The position numbers and the translations under genes were made by a program. Below, piece by piece: positions 1 to 8,629 of a stretch of 41,752 nt of DNA. Where the stretch lies: contig JBFMAY010000031.1 in the NCBI GenBank assembly GCA_040755455.1, positions 4,741-46,492 of the forward strand, written 5' to 3'. Source of the stretch: Thermodesulfobacteriota bacterium (GTDB lineage Bacteria > Desulfobacterota > Desulfobulbia > Desulfobulbales > SURF-16). The notes beneath the pieces were generated by a model. The model saw only the letters and a list, made by a program, of their open reading frames with translations. It ran no database searches and was not told the DNA's origin. Each line of letters begins with the position of its first letter. Position 1 is the first letter of the stretch.

Positions 1-42
1 GCAGAGGCCTCCCAGCTGCTGGCAAAGATCCGACTAAAATAA
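1..42 (+). CDS. 3' end of a CDS entering from the left (AEASQLLAKIRLK*)
   Basis: Open frame from base 1 to TAA at 40-42, followed by an A-rich spacer; too short to identify. Confidence 0.35.
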   Translation, partial: AEASQLLAKIRLK

Positions 43-492
43 AAAATACACTTGGTATTACATTTTTTAGGATCGGGCTTGTAGCCGGCCTCGGCCAGTT
101 CGCTGGCAGAACAGCTGGTCTTCGACCTGAGCAGGCAAAAAGGGGAGATGGGAAAAAACCAGGCCTGGAGCGAATGTCCGCCGAGCGCACTGGGACCTGT
201 ATCTGACCGACCGGGGACGGAATCTGACGACCATCAAATGGATACCGCCTATCCTGGTCACCCTCAAGACGATGAGCCGCCGGCTTTTATCCGGCAGCTG
301 TAGGAGAAAAATCATAAAAAAACAAGCGGACCGATCAGCATCCGGGTCCCGGAGCCGACCAAATCCTGGCTGCTGCCTGGTCTGTTCCCGTCCCTGCTTA
401 AAGCCAACTGGCTGCTGATCATCTTCAATTCCCTCTTATTATCTTGACATTTTGCCGGAATGGCTGAGCGAAAACCAAAGAAACTGTTAAAC

Positions 493-2964
493 CTATTTCA
501 TAACTTCCACCCACCAGGCCTCAGCCGAACGGTTACCACTGGCGCGAACAAAACGTAAATCATCTACGATATGGCCAGCGTGTCGTTTTATCCACCGACC
601 TAACCTGCGGCGGTTAATTTCACCTCGTTCTTCAGCGATATCGCGCAGCACCTCTCGCAATTCTACGTGTTCATCCCGGCTTGCTGCTGCTTGCTTCACG
701 GCATCACGCACCATGGCCGGCATTCTGCCGAATACCGCTTGCCAGGCCCTGAGCAGACGCCCTAATGTTTCACGATCTGGGTCTTCTGATATTGCCTGGA
801 AGATAGATTCAATCGGATCTGCACAGCCAAGCCACAAGAGTGGTTGCTGGCACAGATCGGACCAATCACCAAACCCTGCGACTGACTTGCAGTTAATCTT
901 AGGCTTGCCGGCAACTATCCAGGCGCGCACGATAGTCAATACAGCTGAGACATACCGTCCCCTTTCATTCAACACCTCGCGCACAAGCTCGGGGCGCTTG
1001 AAACTTCTCGCCGCTGGTATTTCACAGCCAGGATCTAAGCTGATCGTTATGCAGCGCCTTGTCATATCCTTAACCGGGCCGACATTGTTCCCGCTGGACA
1101 GAAACAAAGTTTTCGTGCTGACCGTGGCGGTCTTGGACACTCCCAGAATCCGACCACTCATGAACTCGGAAGTCAAAGCAGTGCAGAGACTCTTGTGCGC
1201 CAGCAAATCGGTGGTCAAATTGTCAAACACAACCACGGCGGGTACCCGCAGAAGCTCCGCAAAAAGCATCTTGCGGCATTCCTCGTCATCCGCGGGGAAA
1301 GTAGTCGCGGTTCCCCACTGCGAGGTGGCAAAGGCTGTAATCAATTCACACAAATAGGACTTTCCCGAGCCGGCCATGGGTGCCCGGATATGGAACATAG
1401 GAGCAAGGGGAAGGCTTGGCCTTAAGCAGGCAGTAAGAATCGCAGACAAAGTAGCCGCCAAGTCAGCTTCACTGGCAAAGCTGAATTCCATAAGTATGTC
1501 TTTCAGCAGCGCCAGAGCAGCTTCGGCCTGCGAACGGGTCGGATGATCTGGGACAGAAAAATCCCGTGAATCGAATACACCGAACATGCCGGTGGCCTGG
1601 TCATAACCGGCCTGTGTTATCAGACTGTAATCAGAGCGCAGATAGGGCTGGCGTGCCAAGCCATTCAGTACCGGCAAATGAGGATAGCTGGAGGAATCAA
1701 AGAGAACTGCGACATACCGGGCCGGGGGATCGATACGTACCCAGTCCTCGCTTCTGCAATCGAAGCGTTCCCATATCGCAACAACAGCAAGTTCGCGCAT
1801 TAAAGACGGTTGACCGCTGTTCTCCACACGGGTTTCCCTGGTACCAGGGTCTGTGACTACGTTCACGATCAACCCGCCGCGTTGATAGTAACGTCCTGAC
1901 TGGGCAATTTCACGCTCCGCTGCATCCACCACACGATGCATCTCACCCGGGATGACCCTAATGATTGGCTTCATACGTGCCCTACTGGGCTCGATGTCGA
2001 GAATCCTTAAGAGGTCGCGGATTTTCCGCCCGGCACAATGGCCGTGCAGACACTTGAACCCGCCGACAGGCCAGAAGTCATCCGGCTCGAAATAGGCGGT
2101 ACCGCTGTCTACTTGTCCAGCATGTTCTTGTACCCAGGGGCAGGTAATGTCGTGCTTACCATCACCAAGCTGCGCCTTGTAAAAACCCCTGGACCGAAGC
2201 ATAGCTAAAACAGGATTGTCATCCGGACGCGGTATCAGTACAGGATCTCCGTCCAGCGGACGCTCCTGTGCCGGGCACATCGGCTGCCGCCGGGGTCTTC
2301 CGGAAGGAAACATCTCCAATTGCAGCCCATCGACCAAATCCTCGACCGAATAGCGCAACGTGGGCGACCACTTCTGCATTCGGCAGAAAAAGGGAGGGAG
2401 GTGTTTACCATTCACCGCCACCGGCAGCCGTGCCAGCCGTGCCCTGGGGCCATTGGCCCCGGGATCACAGAGACCGGCCGCAACAATTGCATTCATCAAA
2501 CGATCTGCTGCATTCCCATCGGTAAGTGGTTCACGCAGCAAATACCCGGCCTGGAAGTTCCCAGGCGATGTTTCCAGCAACCAGGAAAGGGGTAAAGTCA
2601 GACGCTCGGTGGATATCTTGCTACCCACATCGTCGAGCATCACTGCATGGAGAGCATGGAAATGCGACTTTTTCCGGTGGAATTTCCCAGCCTCGTCAGG
2701 TTTGAATGACGCCAGGCTGAAATAATTGTTGTTGTCTGCCGGCAGGGTAGTTGTTGTATCGATATTTCCTTGCCAGGGCCTGCCGAACCATTTCTTGGCC
2801 GAGACGCTTGAGGGGTTACCCTTAAAGCTGACTACCATAGGCCGAGTATCAAGGTCCTCGCCAAAGACCCTCAGCAGAAATTCACCATTACTGATTAAGT
2901 TGGTTTCATCGGTTTTGCCGGTTTCCTCAGGATCAAACTTAAAAACTGTCAGGGGGTTATTCAA
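493..2964 (-). CDS. Primase-helicase fusion (RepB'-like AEP primase, Zn-binding module, SF3-like P-loop helicase)
   Basis: Motifs VMLDDVG and LLETSPGNFQ (RepB-primase-like), CPWVQEH...CLHGHC (Zn), Walker A APMAGSGKS, Walker B VVVFDN; TTG start preceded by TAAGGGGG RBS overlapping the alpA stop. Confidence 0.8.
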   Translation of the reverse strand: MNNPLTVFKFDPEETGKTDETNLISNGEFLLRVFGEDLDTRPMVVSFKGNPSSVSAKKWFGRPWQGNIDTTTTLPADNNNYFSLASFKPDEAGKFHRKKSHFHALHAVMLDDVGSKISTERLTLPLSWLLETSPGNFQAGYLLREPLTDGNAADRLMNAIVAAGLCDPGANGPRARLARLPVAVNGKHLPPFFCRMQKWSPTLRYSVEDLVDGLQLEMFPSGRPRRQPMCPAQERPLDGDPVLIPRPDDNPVLAMLRSRGFYKAQLGDGKHDITCPWVQEHAGQVDSGTAYFEPDDFWPVGGFKCLHGHCAGRKIRDLLRILDIEPSRARMKPIIRVIPGEMHRVVDAAEREIAQSGRYYQRGGLIVNVVTDPGTRETRVENSGQPSLMRELAVVAIWERFDCRSEDWVRIDPPARYVAVLFDSSSYPHLPVLNGLARQPYLRSDYSLITQAGYDQATGMFGVFDSRDFSVPDHPTRSQAEAALALLKDILMEFSFASEADLAATLSAILTACLRPSLPLAPMFHIRAPMAGSGKSYLCELITAFATSQWGTATTFPADDEECRKMLFAELLRVPAVVVFDNLTTDLLAHKSLCTALTSEFMSGRILGVSKTATVSTKTLFLSSGNNVGPVKDMTRRCITISLDPGCEIPAARSFKRPELVREVLNERGRYVSAVLTIVRAWIVAGKPKINCKSVAGFGDWSDLCQQPLLWLGCADPIESIFQAISEDPDRETLGRLLRAWQAVFGRMPAMVRDAVKQAAASRDEHVELREVLRDIAEERGEINRRRLGRWIKRHAGHIVDDLRFVRASGNRSAEAWWVEVMK

Positions 2965-2977
2965 AAATTTTACCCCC

Positions 2978-3220
2978 TTACTTCATAAGCTTGCGGGCCG
3001 CTGCCAGCTTTGCTACCAGTGCCCGGATTTCTTCATCAGTTTTGCCAGCAATACGCGCGGCGTTGATAGCCTCGACCTCGTCAGAGGGCCAGCCAACCGC
3101 CCGTGCCCCGAGGCTAACTGGCTTTGTCCATAACCCTTCAGCAATTCTCTGATAAATAGTTGATCTGGAAAGCCCGGATTCAGATTTTACAGCGGGAAGC
3201 CTTAATATGGTGCGCTTCAT
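2978..3220 (-). CDS. alpA: AlpA-family transcriptional regulator / excisionase
   Basis: 80 aa, ILRLPAVKSESGLSRSTIYQRIAEGLWTKPVSLGARAVGW is the typical AlpA signature; GGAGG RBS upstream. Confidence 0.92.
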   Translation of the reverse strand: MKRTILRLPAVKSESGLSRSTIYQRIAEGLWTKPVSLGARAVGWPSDEVEAINAARIAGKTDEEIRALVAKLAAARKLMK

Positions 3221-3265
3221 CTATAAACCTCCATAAGTGTTAGTGGAATTCTTTAGACGAAGCTT

Positions 3266-3455
3266 AGTTGAGCGATTTGGGCGATTCAATAGCAAGACAT
3301 CGCCCAACTGCCAAGAAAAAATTTATATAAAAATCAGACTGTTGACCTTTCTTGTTGGGCGGCATTGAGATGACTTCAGGAAAATTCCGGAGAGGGGAAT
3401 AAAGAAATAGAGCGGGTTTGAGGTCGGGAAGTTGAGCGAAGTTTTTCGCCCAACT
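3266..3455. promoter_or_regulatory. Array of AGTTG(A/G)GCGA-like operator repeats upstream of alpA
   Basis: Copies at 3266-3275, 3275-3284, 3300-3309 (inverted), 3353-3362, 3430-3439 and 3446-3455 (inverted; palindromic pair with 3430-3439). Confidence 0.6.
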
Positions 3456-3458
3456 TTT

Positions 3459-4268
3459 TTACTTCTTCATTTGTTTTTTGATGGTCACAGCATTTCGGCC
3501 ATGGGCAATATCCTTTTTAGCAATCTGTTGCGAGTACCAAACATCGGACATATTCGGGTGTTTTCCCTTCAAGCTCTGATATGACTTCTGCCATGATTTA
3601 TACATAGCCTTAGTATCCAGCTTTCTTGCTTCGCGACGTATACTGCTGGAAGGCGAGGGTTGGGATGTTGCTGCCGATATGTTTTTGCGTTGTACGATGA
3701 CATACTCGTCTATGACGATACCAATCGCCTCGCGCTCATGCCGTGCCGTAGTTGAGATCAATACACGGCCCTTTGTCGCATCAAGAGACATCGTAGGATC
3801 AAAGGATGGTGGGATCCTTCTCCCTCGTCGTGCAAACATCCTCCGCACACTTGCCCTAAATTTATCAACGTCGATATAGTCGAATGTGAAGGGGAGCTGT
3901 CCGATACGCCATACATGTTCATCTACAATGTCGTTAAGTTCATTTGCATCGACAGGCCCTCCCTGTACCTTTTCCAAAATGGATACAATTGCTTTCCACA
4001 CGACTCCCGGCCATTCTCTGGTTATGGCATTTGCGTTGGAGACAATCTCACGGTACACCGACTCTGGAACTGCATTGAGCGCTCCGAATATACCGGCAAT
4101 GAGGTTCTCCGAAATTTCCCTATCAAACCTGGAGTAGGCGACAATTTGTGCATCTACCCAGCGTCTTTTCTGCTTCTTCCGCAGAAGGCCCAGCTTACGG
4201 TTAATGAGATCCAGCACTTCCTCGGGCATTTTCGGAAAGCACTTACCGTATTCATTTTTTTTGGGCAT
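3459..4268 (-). CDS. Hypothetical protein with basic C-terminal putative HTH-like domain
   Basis: ORF track 3459..4301; ATG at 4268 has a GAGG RBS and is the likelier start; C-terminus SDVWYSQQIAKKDIAHGRNAVTIKKQM is basic and helical. Confidence 0.7.
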   Translation of the reverse strand: MPKKNEYGKCFPKMPEEVLDLINRKLGLLRKKQKRRWVDAQIVAYSRFDREISENLIAGIFGALNAVPESVYREIVSNANAITREWPGVVWKAIVSILEKVQGGPVDANELNDIVDEHVWRIGQLPFTFDYIDVDKFRASVRRMFARRGRRIPPSFDPTMSLDATKGRVLISTTARHEREAIGIVIDEYVIVQRKNISAATSQPSPSSSIRREARKLDTKAMYKSWQKSYQSLKGKHPNMSDVWYSQQIAKKDIAHGRNAVTIKKQMKK

Positions 4269-4310
4269 ACCAACCTCTTTAGTTGCCGCACCTGAAAGCA
4301 ATGGGCGCGC

Positions 4311-5525
4311 TCATCGAGCCGCCGCACGGATCGGAATGATTTTGGCCCCGGGCTTGAGAGCGTCCAGGTAGTCGGCCCAGGCCTGCATCATTCGACGTCT
4401 TTCCGGTAAATGTTGCGCATGATTATAAGCTGCTCTGACATTATTTCGTTCAGCATGGGCCAATTGTCTTTCAATCACATCAGGTGGCCATCCCTGTTCA
4501 TGAAGAACCGTTGAGGCCATGGCTCGGAAACCATGCCCGGACATCTCTTCTTTGGCATATCCCATCCGGCGCAAGGCCGCTAAGATGGTGTTATTACTCA
4601 TTGGCCTTTCGGCCGACCGGAGGGAAGGGAAGACATATCTCCCTCGACCGGTCAGCGGATTAATATCCCTCAGGATATCGAGTGACTGGGAAGACAGCGG
4701 GACAATATGCGTGGTACGCATCTTCATCTTTTCTGCAGGGATTTTCCATTCCGCCAGGTCAAAATTTATTTCTGCCCATTCAGCATGTCGTAATTCTCCC
4801 GGCCGGACGAAAACGAGCGGCGCCAAGCGCAACGCACATCTTGTAATCAAGTGCCCTTCATACCCATCAATGGCCCTGAGAAGCTCTCCGACCTTCTTGG
4901 GATCGGTGATGGTGGCCATATGTTGAGGTTTTGTCGGAGATAATGCACCGCGCAGATCTGAACTGGGGTCACGATCTGCACGTCCTGTCGCAATAGCATA
5001 CCGAAACACCTGCCCACAAATCTGCTTGATTCTGTGGGCGGTCTCTATGGCACCTCTTTCTTCTATACGGCGCAATACCGCCAAAACCTCAGGGGCTGTG
5101 ATCTCGGCAACAGGCCGCGAACAAAGCCAAGGGAAAACATTATTTTCCAGTCTGCTGATAATGGTTCGTGAATGTCCCTCTGTCCATGTGTGTTTGTTTT
5201 TTGTAAACCATTCACGGGCAACAGCTTCAAGGCTGTTTGCAGTCTGTGCAATCCGCATGTTCCTTGTTTCTTTCTTATGCTGGGACGGATCTATGTCGTT
5301 TTGCAAAAGATGACGAGCATGGTCACGCCTCTCCCTGGCCTCCTTCAGTTTAACATCAGGGTAGACCCCAAGAGCAAGGGTCTTCCGTTTATCTCCAAAC
5401 CGATAATCAAAACGAAAATACTTTCCTGATTTGTTGACCAGCAGGTAAAGTCCTTTGTCATCTGCAAGTTTATACTGCTTTTCTTTTATTTTTGCGTTGC
5501 GGATGGCGGTATCTGTGAGAGGCAT
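4311..5525 (-). CDS. P4-family tyrosine integrase (arm-binding, core-binding and catalytic domains)
   Basis: N-terminus MPLTDTAIRNAK...YKLADDKGLYLLV; catalytic R (FVRPGELR), HGFR, LAH and YNHA. Confidence 0.97.
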   Translation of the reverse strand: MPLTDTAIRNAKIKEKQYKLADDKGLYLLVNKSGKYFRFDYRFGDKRKTLALGVYPDVKLKEARERRDHARHLLQNDIDPSQHKKETRNMRIAQTANSLEAVAREWFTKNKHTWTEGHSRTIISRLENNVFPWLCSRPVAEITAPEVLAVLRRIEERGAIETAHRIKQICGQVFRYAIATGRADRDPSSDLRGALSPTKPQHMATITDPKKVGELLRAIDGYEGHLITRCALRLAPLVFVRPGELRHAEWAEINFDLAEWKIPAEKMKMRTTHIVPLSSQSLDILRDINPLTGRGRYVFPSLRSAERPMSNNTILAALRRMGYAKEEMSGHGFRAMASTVLHEQGWPPDVIERQLAHAERNNVRAAYNHAQHLPERRRMMQAWADYLDALKPGAKIIPIRAAAR

Positions 5526-5681
5526 GACGGTATTTCCTCAAGGTTCATGACGGTATGCCAGAAAAAACCCATGTGGCAAAACACCTAGAAGCTTGTCCTG
5601 AATGGGGTTGAGGCGCTTGACGGTATCTCAACTGGCAACAATTGAATATACCGCCAAAAGTACCGCCAAAAGTGACGGTAT
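5504..5681. repeat. Integrase arm-type site candidates, consensus TGRCGGTA(T)
   Basis: Direct copies at 5504-5512, 5525-5533, 5548-5556, 5618-5626 and 5673-5681; inverted copies at 5648-5656 and 5660-5668. Confidence 0.7.
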
Positions 5682-5714
5682 GTCAATAGATTTTATTGGA
5701 CCATACCGGACAAC

Positions 5715-5747
5715 AAAAAACCCGAAAGCCTTATCAGCTTTCGGGTT
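5715..5747 (-). terminator. Rho-independent terminator downstream of tmRNA
   Basis: Minus strand AACCCGAAAGC-TGATAAG-GCTTTCGGGTT followed by a T run. Confidence 0.8.
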
Positions 5748-5781
5748 AAGAGACATTCCAGGATTTCACTGGACTATGTTT

Positions 5782-6142
5782 TGGTGGAGGCGGCGGGAGT
5801 CGAACCCGCGTCCGAAAATACTCCCCTGCAAGCGTCTACATGTGTATTCCTGCTTAAGTGCTTATCGCGCCTGGGTTCCACCAGGACCAGGAACCTTCAG
5901 CGCTATCCCGCTTTTTATTTCGCTTTTCGGGCCAGTAGGCTCCTCCCGAAAGCTATCCCGCTAGTCGACGCTCCAATCAACCCCGCAGGAACGGGTTGGT
6001 GGAACGGTAGCTTATTTATGCTGCTACGGCATATGCATAGTCGTCTGCGACTATATTTAAAATTCCAACCGTTTAACGAGCAGTCAGAGACCTCGACATG
6101 CAGCCTGAGCTTATATATCCCCGTCGAATCCGTTTCGCCCCC
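5782..6142 (-). ncRNA. ssrA: tmRNA (transfer-messenger RNA), tag peptide (A)ADDYAYAVAA*
   Basis: 5' GGGGGCGAAACGGATTCGAC; 3' GGGTTCGACTCCCGCCGCCTCCACCA; acceptor stem with G3.U; tag ORF 6048..6016; directly downstream of smpB. Confidence 0.97.
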
Positions 6143-6167
6143 TTGTGTGAATTTTGTGTCCAAATAA

Positions 6168-6623
6168 TTATTTATACGTTTTCCGCAGCCGGTCCATCTC
6201 CCGGTCTGCCTCTTTTTTCTTCAGGGAATGGCGCTTGTCGTAAAGGGTCTTCCCTTTGCACAGACCAAGACCAAGTTTTGCCAACCCCTTACTATTAAAA
6301 TAAATCTTTATCGGGATTAAGGCAAATCCTTTTTCCTGCACCTTGCCGATGAGCTTCTTGATCTCCCGGGCGGCGAGCAGCAGTTTTCTCTCCCGCATGG
6401 GGTCAGGGGCGTCATAGGTGGCAAATGCATAGGGCGAGATATGCACGTTGAGCAGCCAGACCTCGCCGTTTCTGATCTTCACATAGCCGTCGCGCAGATT
6501 GACCCGGCCGGCCCGCAGGGATTTCACCTCCGAACCCTTGAGCACCATGCCGGCTTCAATAACGGAATCGACGGTATACTCGTGGTATGCCTTTTTATTG
6601 GTTGCGATTATTTTTCCAGACAT
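6168..6623 (-). CDS. smpB: SsrA-binding protein SmpB
   Basis: NKKAYHEY, EAGMVLKGSEVKSLR, RERKLLL, GKTLYDKR. Confidence 0.98.
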   Translation of the reverse strand: MSGKIIATNKKAYHEYTVDSVIEAGMVLKGSEVKSLRAGRVNLRDGYVKIRNGEVWLLNVHISPYAFATYDAPDPMRERKLLLAAREIKKLIGKVQEKGFALIPIKIYFNSKGLAKLGLGLCKGKTLYDKRHSLKKKEADREMDRLRKTYK

Positions 6624-6652
6624 CCGAATCTACTTTGTCGTGATTTTGCTCT

Positions 6653-8464
6653 TTATATCAATGCGGCCATGCCGGTCACCCGGATGGCCTCCTCATGGGT
6701 GGTGATGCCCTTCATCACCTTCTGCCAGGCGTCCTCTTTCAGGGTGGTCATGCCCTCCTGTCTCGCCACCTTGGCGATCTCGCCGGCGCTGCTCCCCAGG
6801 CTGACCTGCTTTTTGATCTGCTCGGACATGGGAAAAATCTCAAAAATCCCGCACCGGCCAAGAAACCCTGTGCCCCGGCAGCGGCGGCAGCCTTGCCCCC
6901 GGCGCAAGGTCAACTGCGGCTGGTCCGGCAGTGGAAAGCCGAAGCCCTGCAGCGCATCGGTGGGCAGGGTAAAACTTTCCGCGCAATGGGGGCAGATGGT
7001 CCGCACCAGGCGCTGGGCCATGGCGCCAAGCAGGGTGGAACAGACCAGAAAGGGCTGCACGCCCAGTTCCAGCAGACGGGTAATGGCCGACACCGCGTCA
7101 TTGGTATGCAGGGTGGAGAACACCAGATGCCCGGTCAGGGCCGCCTGGATGGCATTGGTGGCTGTTTCCAGATCGCGGATCTCGCCGATCATGATAATAT
7201 CCGGGTCCTGCCGCAGGATATTGCGCAAAATGGTGGCAAAGGTGACATCGATCTGGGGCTGCACGGAAATCTGGTTGAAGTCCTCATGGATCATTTCCAC
7301 CGGATCCTCCACCGTGACGATATTGACCTCCGGCGAGGCAAGATTCTGCAGGGTGGAATAGAGGGTGGTTGACTTGCCGCTGCCCGTCGGGCCGGTCACC
7401 AGCATGATGCCATGGGGGGAATCCATCATCTGCTGGTAGACGCCGTAGTCCCGCTCGGAAAAGCCGATCTCCCGGATATCCTTGAACATGATATCGGAAC
7501 TGAGGATACGCATGACTGCCTTTTCGCCAAAGGCCACCGGAATGGTCGACACCCTGATCTCAGCCTCCTTGCCGCCCCGGTCGACCTTGATGCGCCCGTC
7601 CTGGGGCCGCCGTTTTTCGGCGATATCGAGCCTTGAGAGAAATTTGATGCGGGAGACGATGGCCGGATGCACCACCCTGGGCAGATCATAGATGGTATGC
7701 AGCACCCCGTCAATGCGCAGCCGGACCCGGCTTACCTCCCGTTTCGGTTCAATATGGATATCGCTGGCCCGCTCGTCAAAGGCGTAGTTGAACAGATGTT
7801 CCACCGCGGTCTTGATATTCTGGTCGGAGGAGGTGATTTCCCTGGTGGAGGAGATCTTGACCAGCTGCTCCAGATTGCCCAGATCGACCAGCGGGCCGCT
7901 CAGGTGGTTTTCCGCCGCGGAAATGGAGGATTTGAAGCCGAAAAACTCGGCGAGGATCTTTTTCAGGTCGGATTTGGTGGCGAGATGGGCCCGCACCTTG
8001 ATCTGGTTGGCCCGCTCGATGTCGGCAAGCAGGGTGCGGTTTTCCGGCTCATAGATGGCCACCTCCAGCACCCCGTTCTTCACGGCAAAGGGCAGCAGGA
8101 GATGTTTCAGGGCAAAGGATTCAGGGATGGTCTTGGTGACCACATCCAGGTCAAGCTCCAGGGGATCGAGCTTTTTAAAGGGCAGACCCAGATCATTGGC
8201 CACGGCCCGGCTGATCATTTCCTCGGTGAGAAATTCGTTTTTGCGGTCCGGCAGTTCAAGATTTAAGGAGACAATGATATCCACCAGATCAACTTCCCTG
8301 GCATATTTGCGCTTGCGGCCCCGCTCCTGATCCCTGATGATGCGCATCAGGGCCTGCCGCTGCTGTTCCTTTTTGAGGATAATCATTTTCTGCTGCTCGG
8401 TGGACATCAGCCCTTGACGCACCAATACGTCCAGCAGATAGGTTTCATTGTCCAGATATTGCAT
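6653..8464 (-). CDS. GspE/PilB-family secretion/pilus assembly ATPase
   Basis: ASDIHIEP, LDIAEKRRPQDGR, Walker A GPTGSGKST, TVEDPVE, LRQDPDIIMIGEIRD, TGHLVFSTLHTN, CPHC...CRRC Zn site. Confidence 0.93.
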   Translation of the reverse strand: MQYLDNETYLLDVLVRQGLMSTEQQKMIILKKEQQRQALMRIIRDQERGRKRKYAREVDLVDIIVSLNLELPDRKNEFLTEEMISRAVANDLGLPFKKLDPLELDLDVVTKTIPESFALKHLLLPFAVKNGVLEVAIYEPENRTLLADIERANQIKVRAHLATKSDLKKILAEFFGFKSSISAAENHLSGPLVDLGNLEQLVKISSTREITSSDQNIKTAVEHLFNYAFDERASDIHIEPKREVSRVRLRIDGVLHTIYDLPRVVHPAIVSRIKFLSRLDIAEKRRPQDGRIKVDRGGKEAEIRVSTIPVAFGEKAVMRILSSDIMFKDIREIGFSERDYGVYQQMMDSPHGIMLVTGPTGSGKSTTLYSTLQNLASPEVNIVTVEDPVEMIHEDFNQISVQPQIDVTFATILRNILRQDPDIIMIGEIRDLETATNAIQAALTGHLVFSTLHTNDAVSAITRLLELGVQPFLVCSTLLGAMAQRLVRTICPHCAESFTLPTDALQGFGFPLPDQPQLTLRRGQGCRRCRGTGFLGRCGIFEIFPMSEQIKKQVSLGSSAGEIAKVARQEGMTTLKEDAWQKVMKGITTHEEAIRVTGMAALI

Positions 8465-8629
8465 AAAAACGTTTTAAGTTTTAAGAGTTAAATGTTAGAT
8501 TTAAAATTTGCAGCAGGATGCTGTTATCAACAGATTGTATCTTAACACGTAAAACACAAGGGTATCTCTAAAAATCAGGATTTTTTCAATCCTTTTTGGC
8601 AGTTCCCGAAAATTTTCCCGGAGTATCAT

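Larger units (their letters stand above)
493..5781 (-). mobile_element. Integrative element / phage-satellite-like island inserted at the tmRNA 3' end (left boundary unresolved)
   Basis: Integrase directly downstream of ssrA, followed co-directionally by a hypothetical gene, alpA and a primase-helicase; arm-type repeats between int and ssrA. Confidence 0.85.

Noticed and set aside
67..315. 82-aa minus-strand ORF downstream of the primase
   Set aside because: Non-standard start, no RBS and no recognisable protein features.
5602..6298. Several short ORFs overlapping ssrA
   Set aside because: Explained by the tmRNA gene and att region; the translations are the usual tRNA-like-end artefacts (WWRRRESNPRP).
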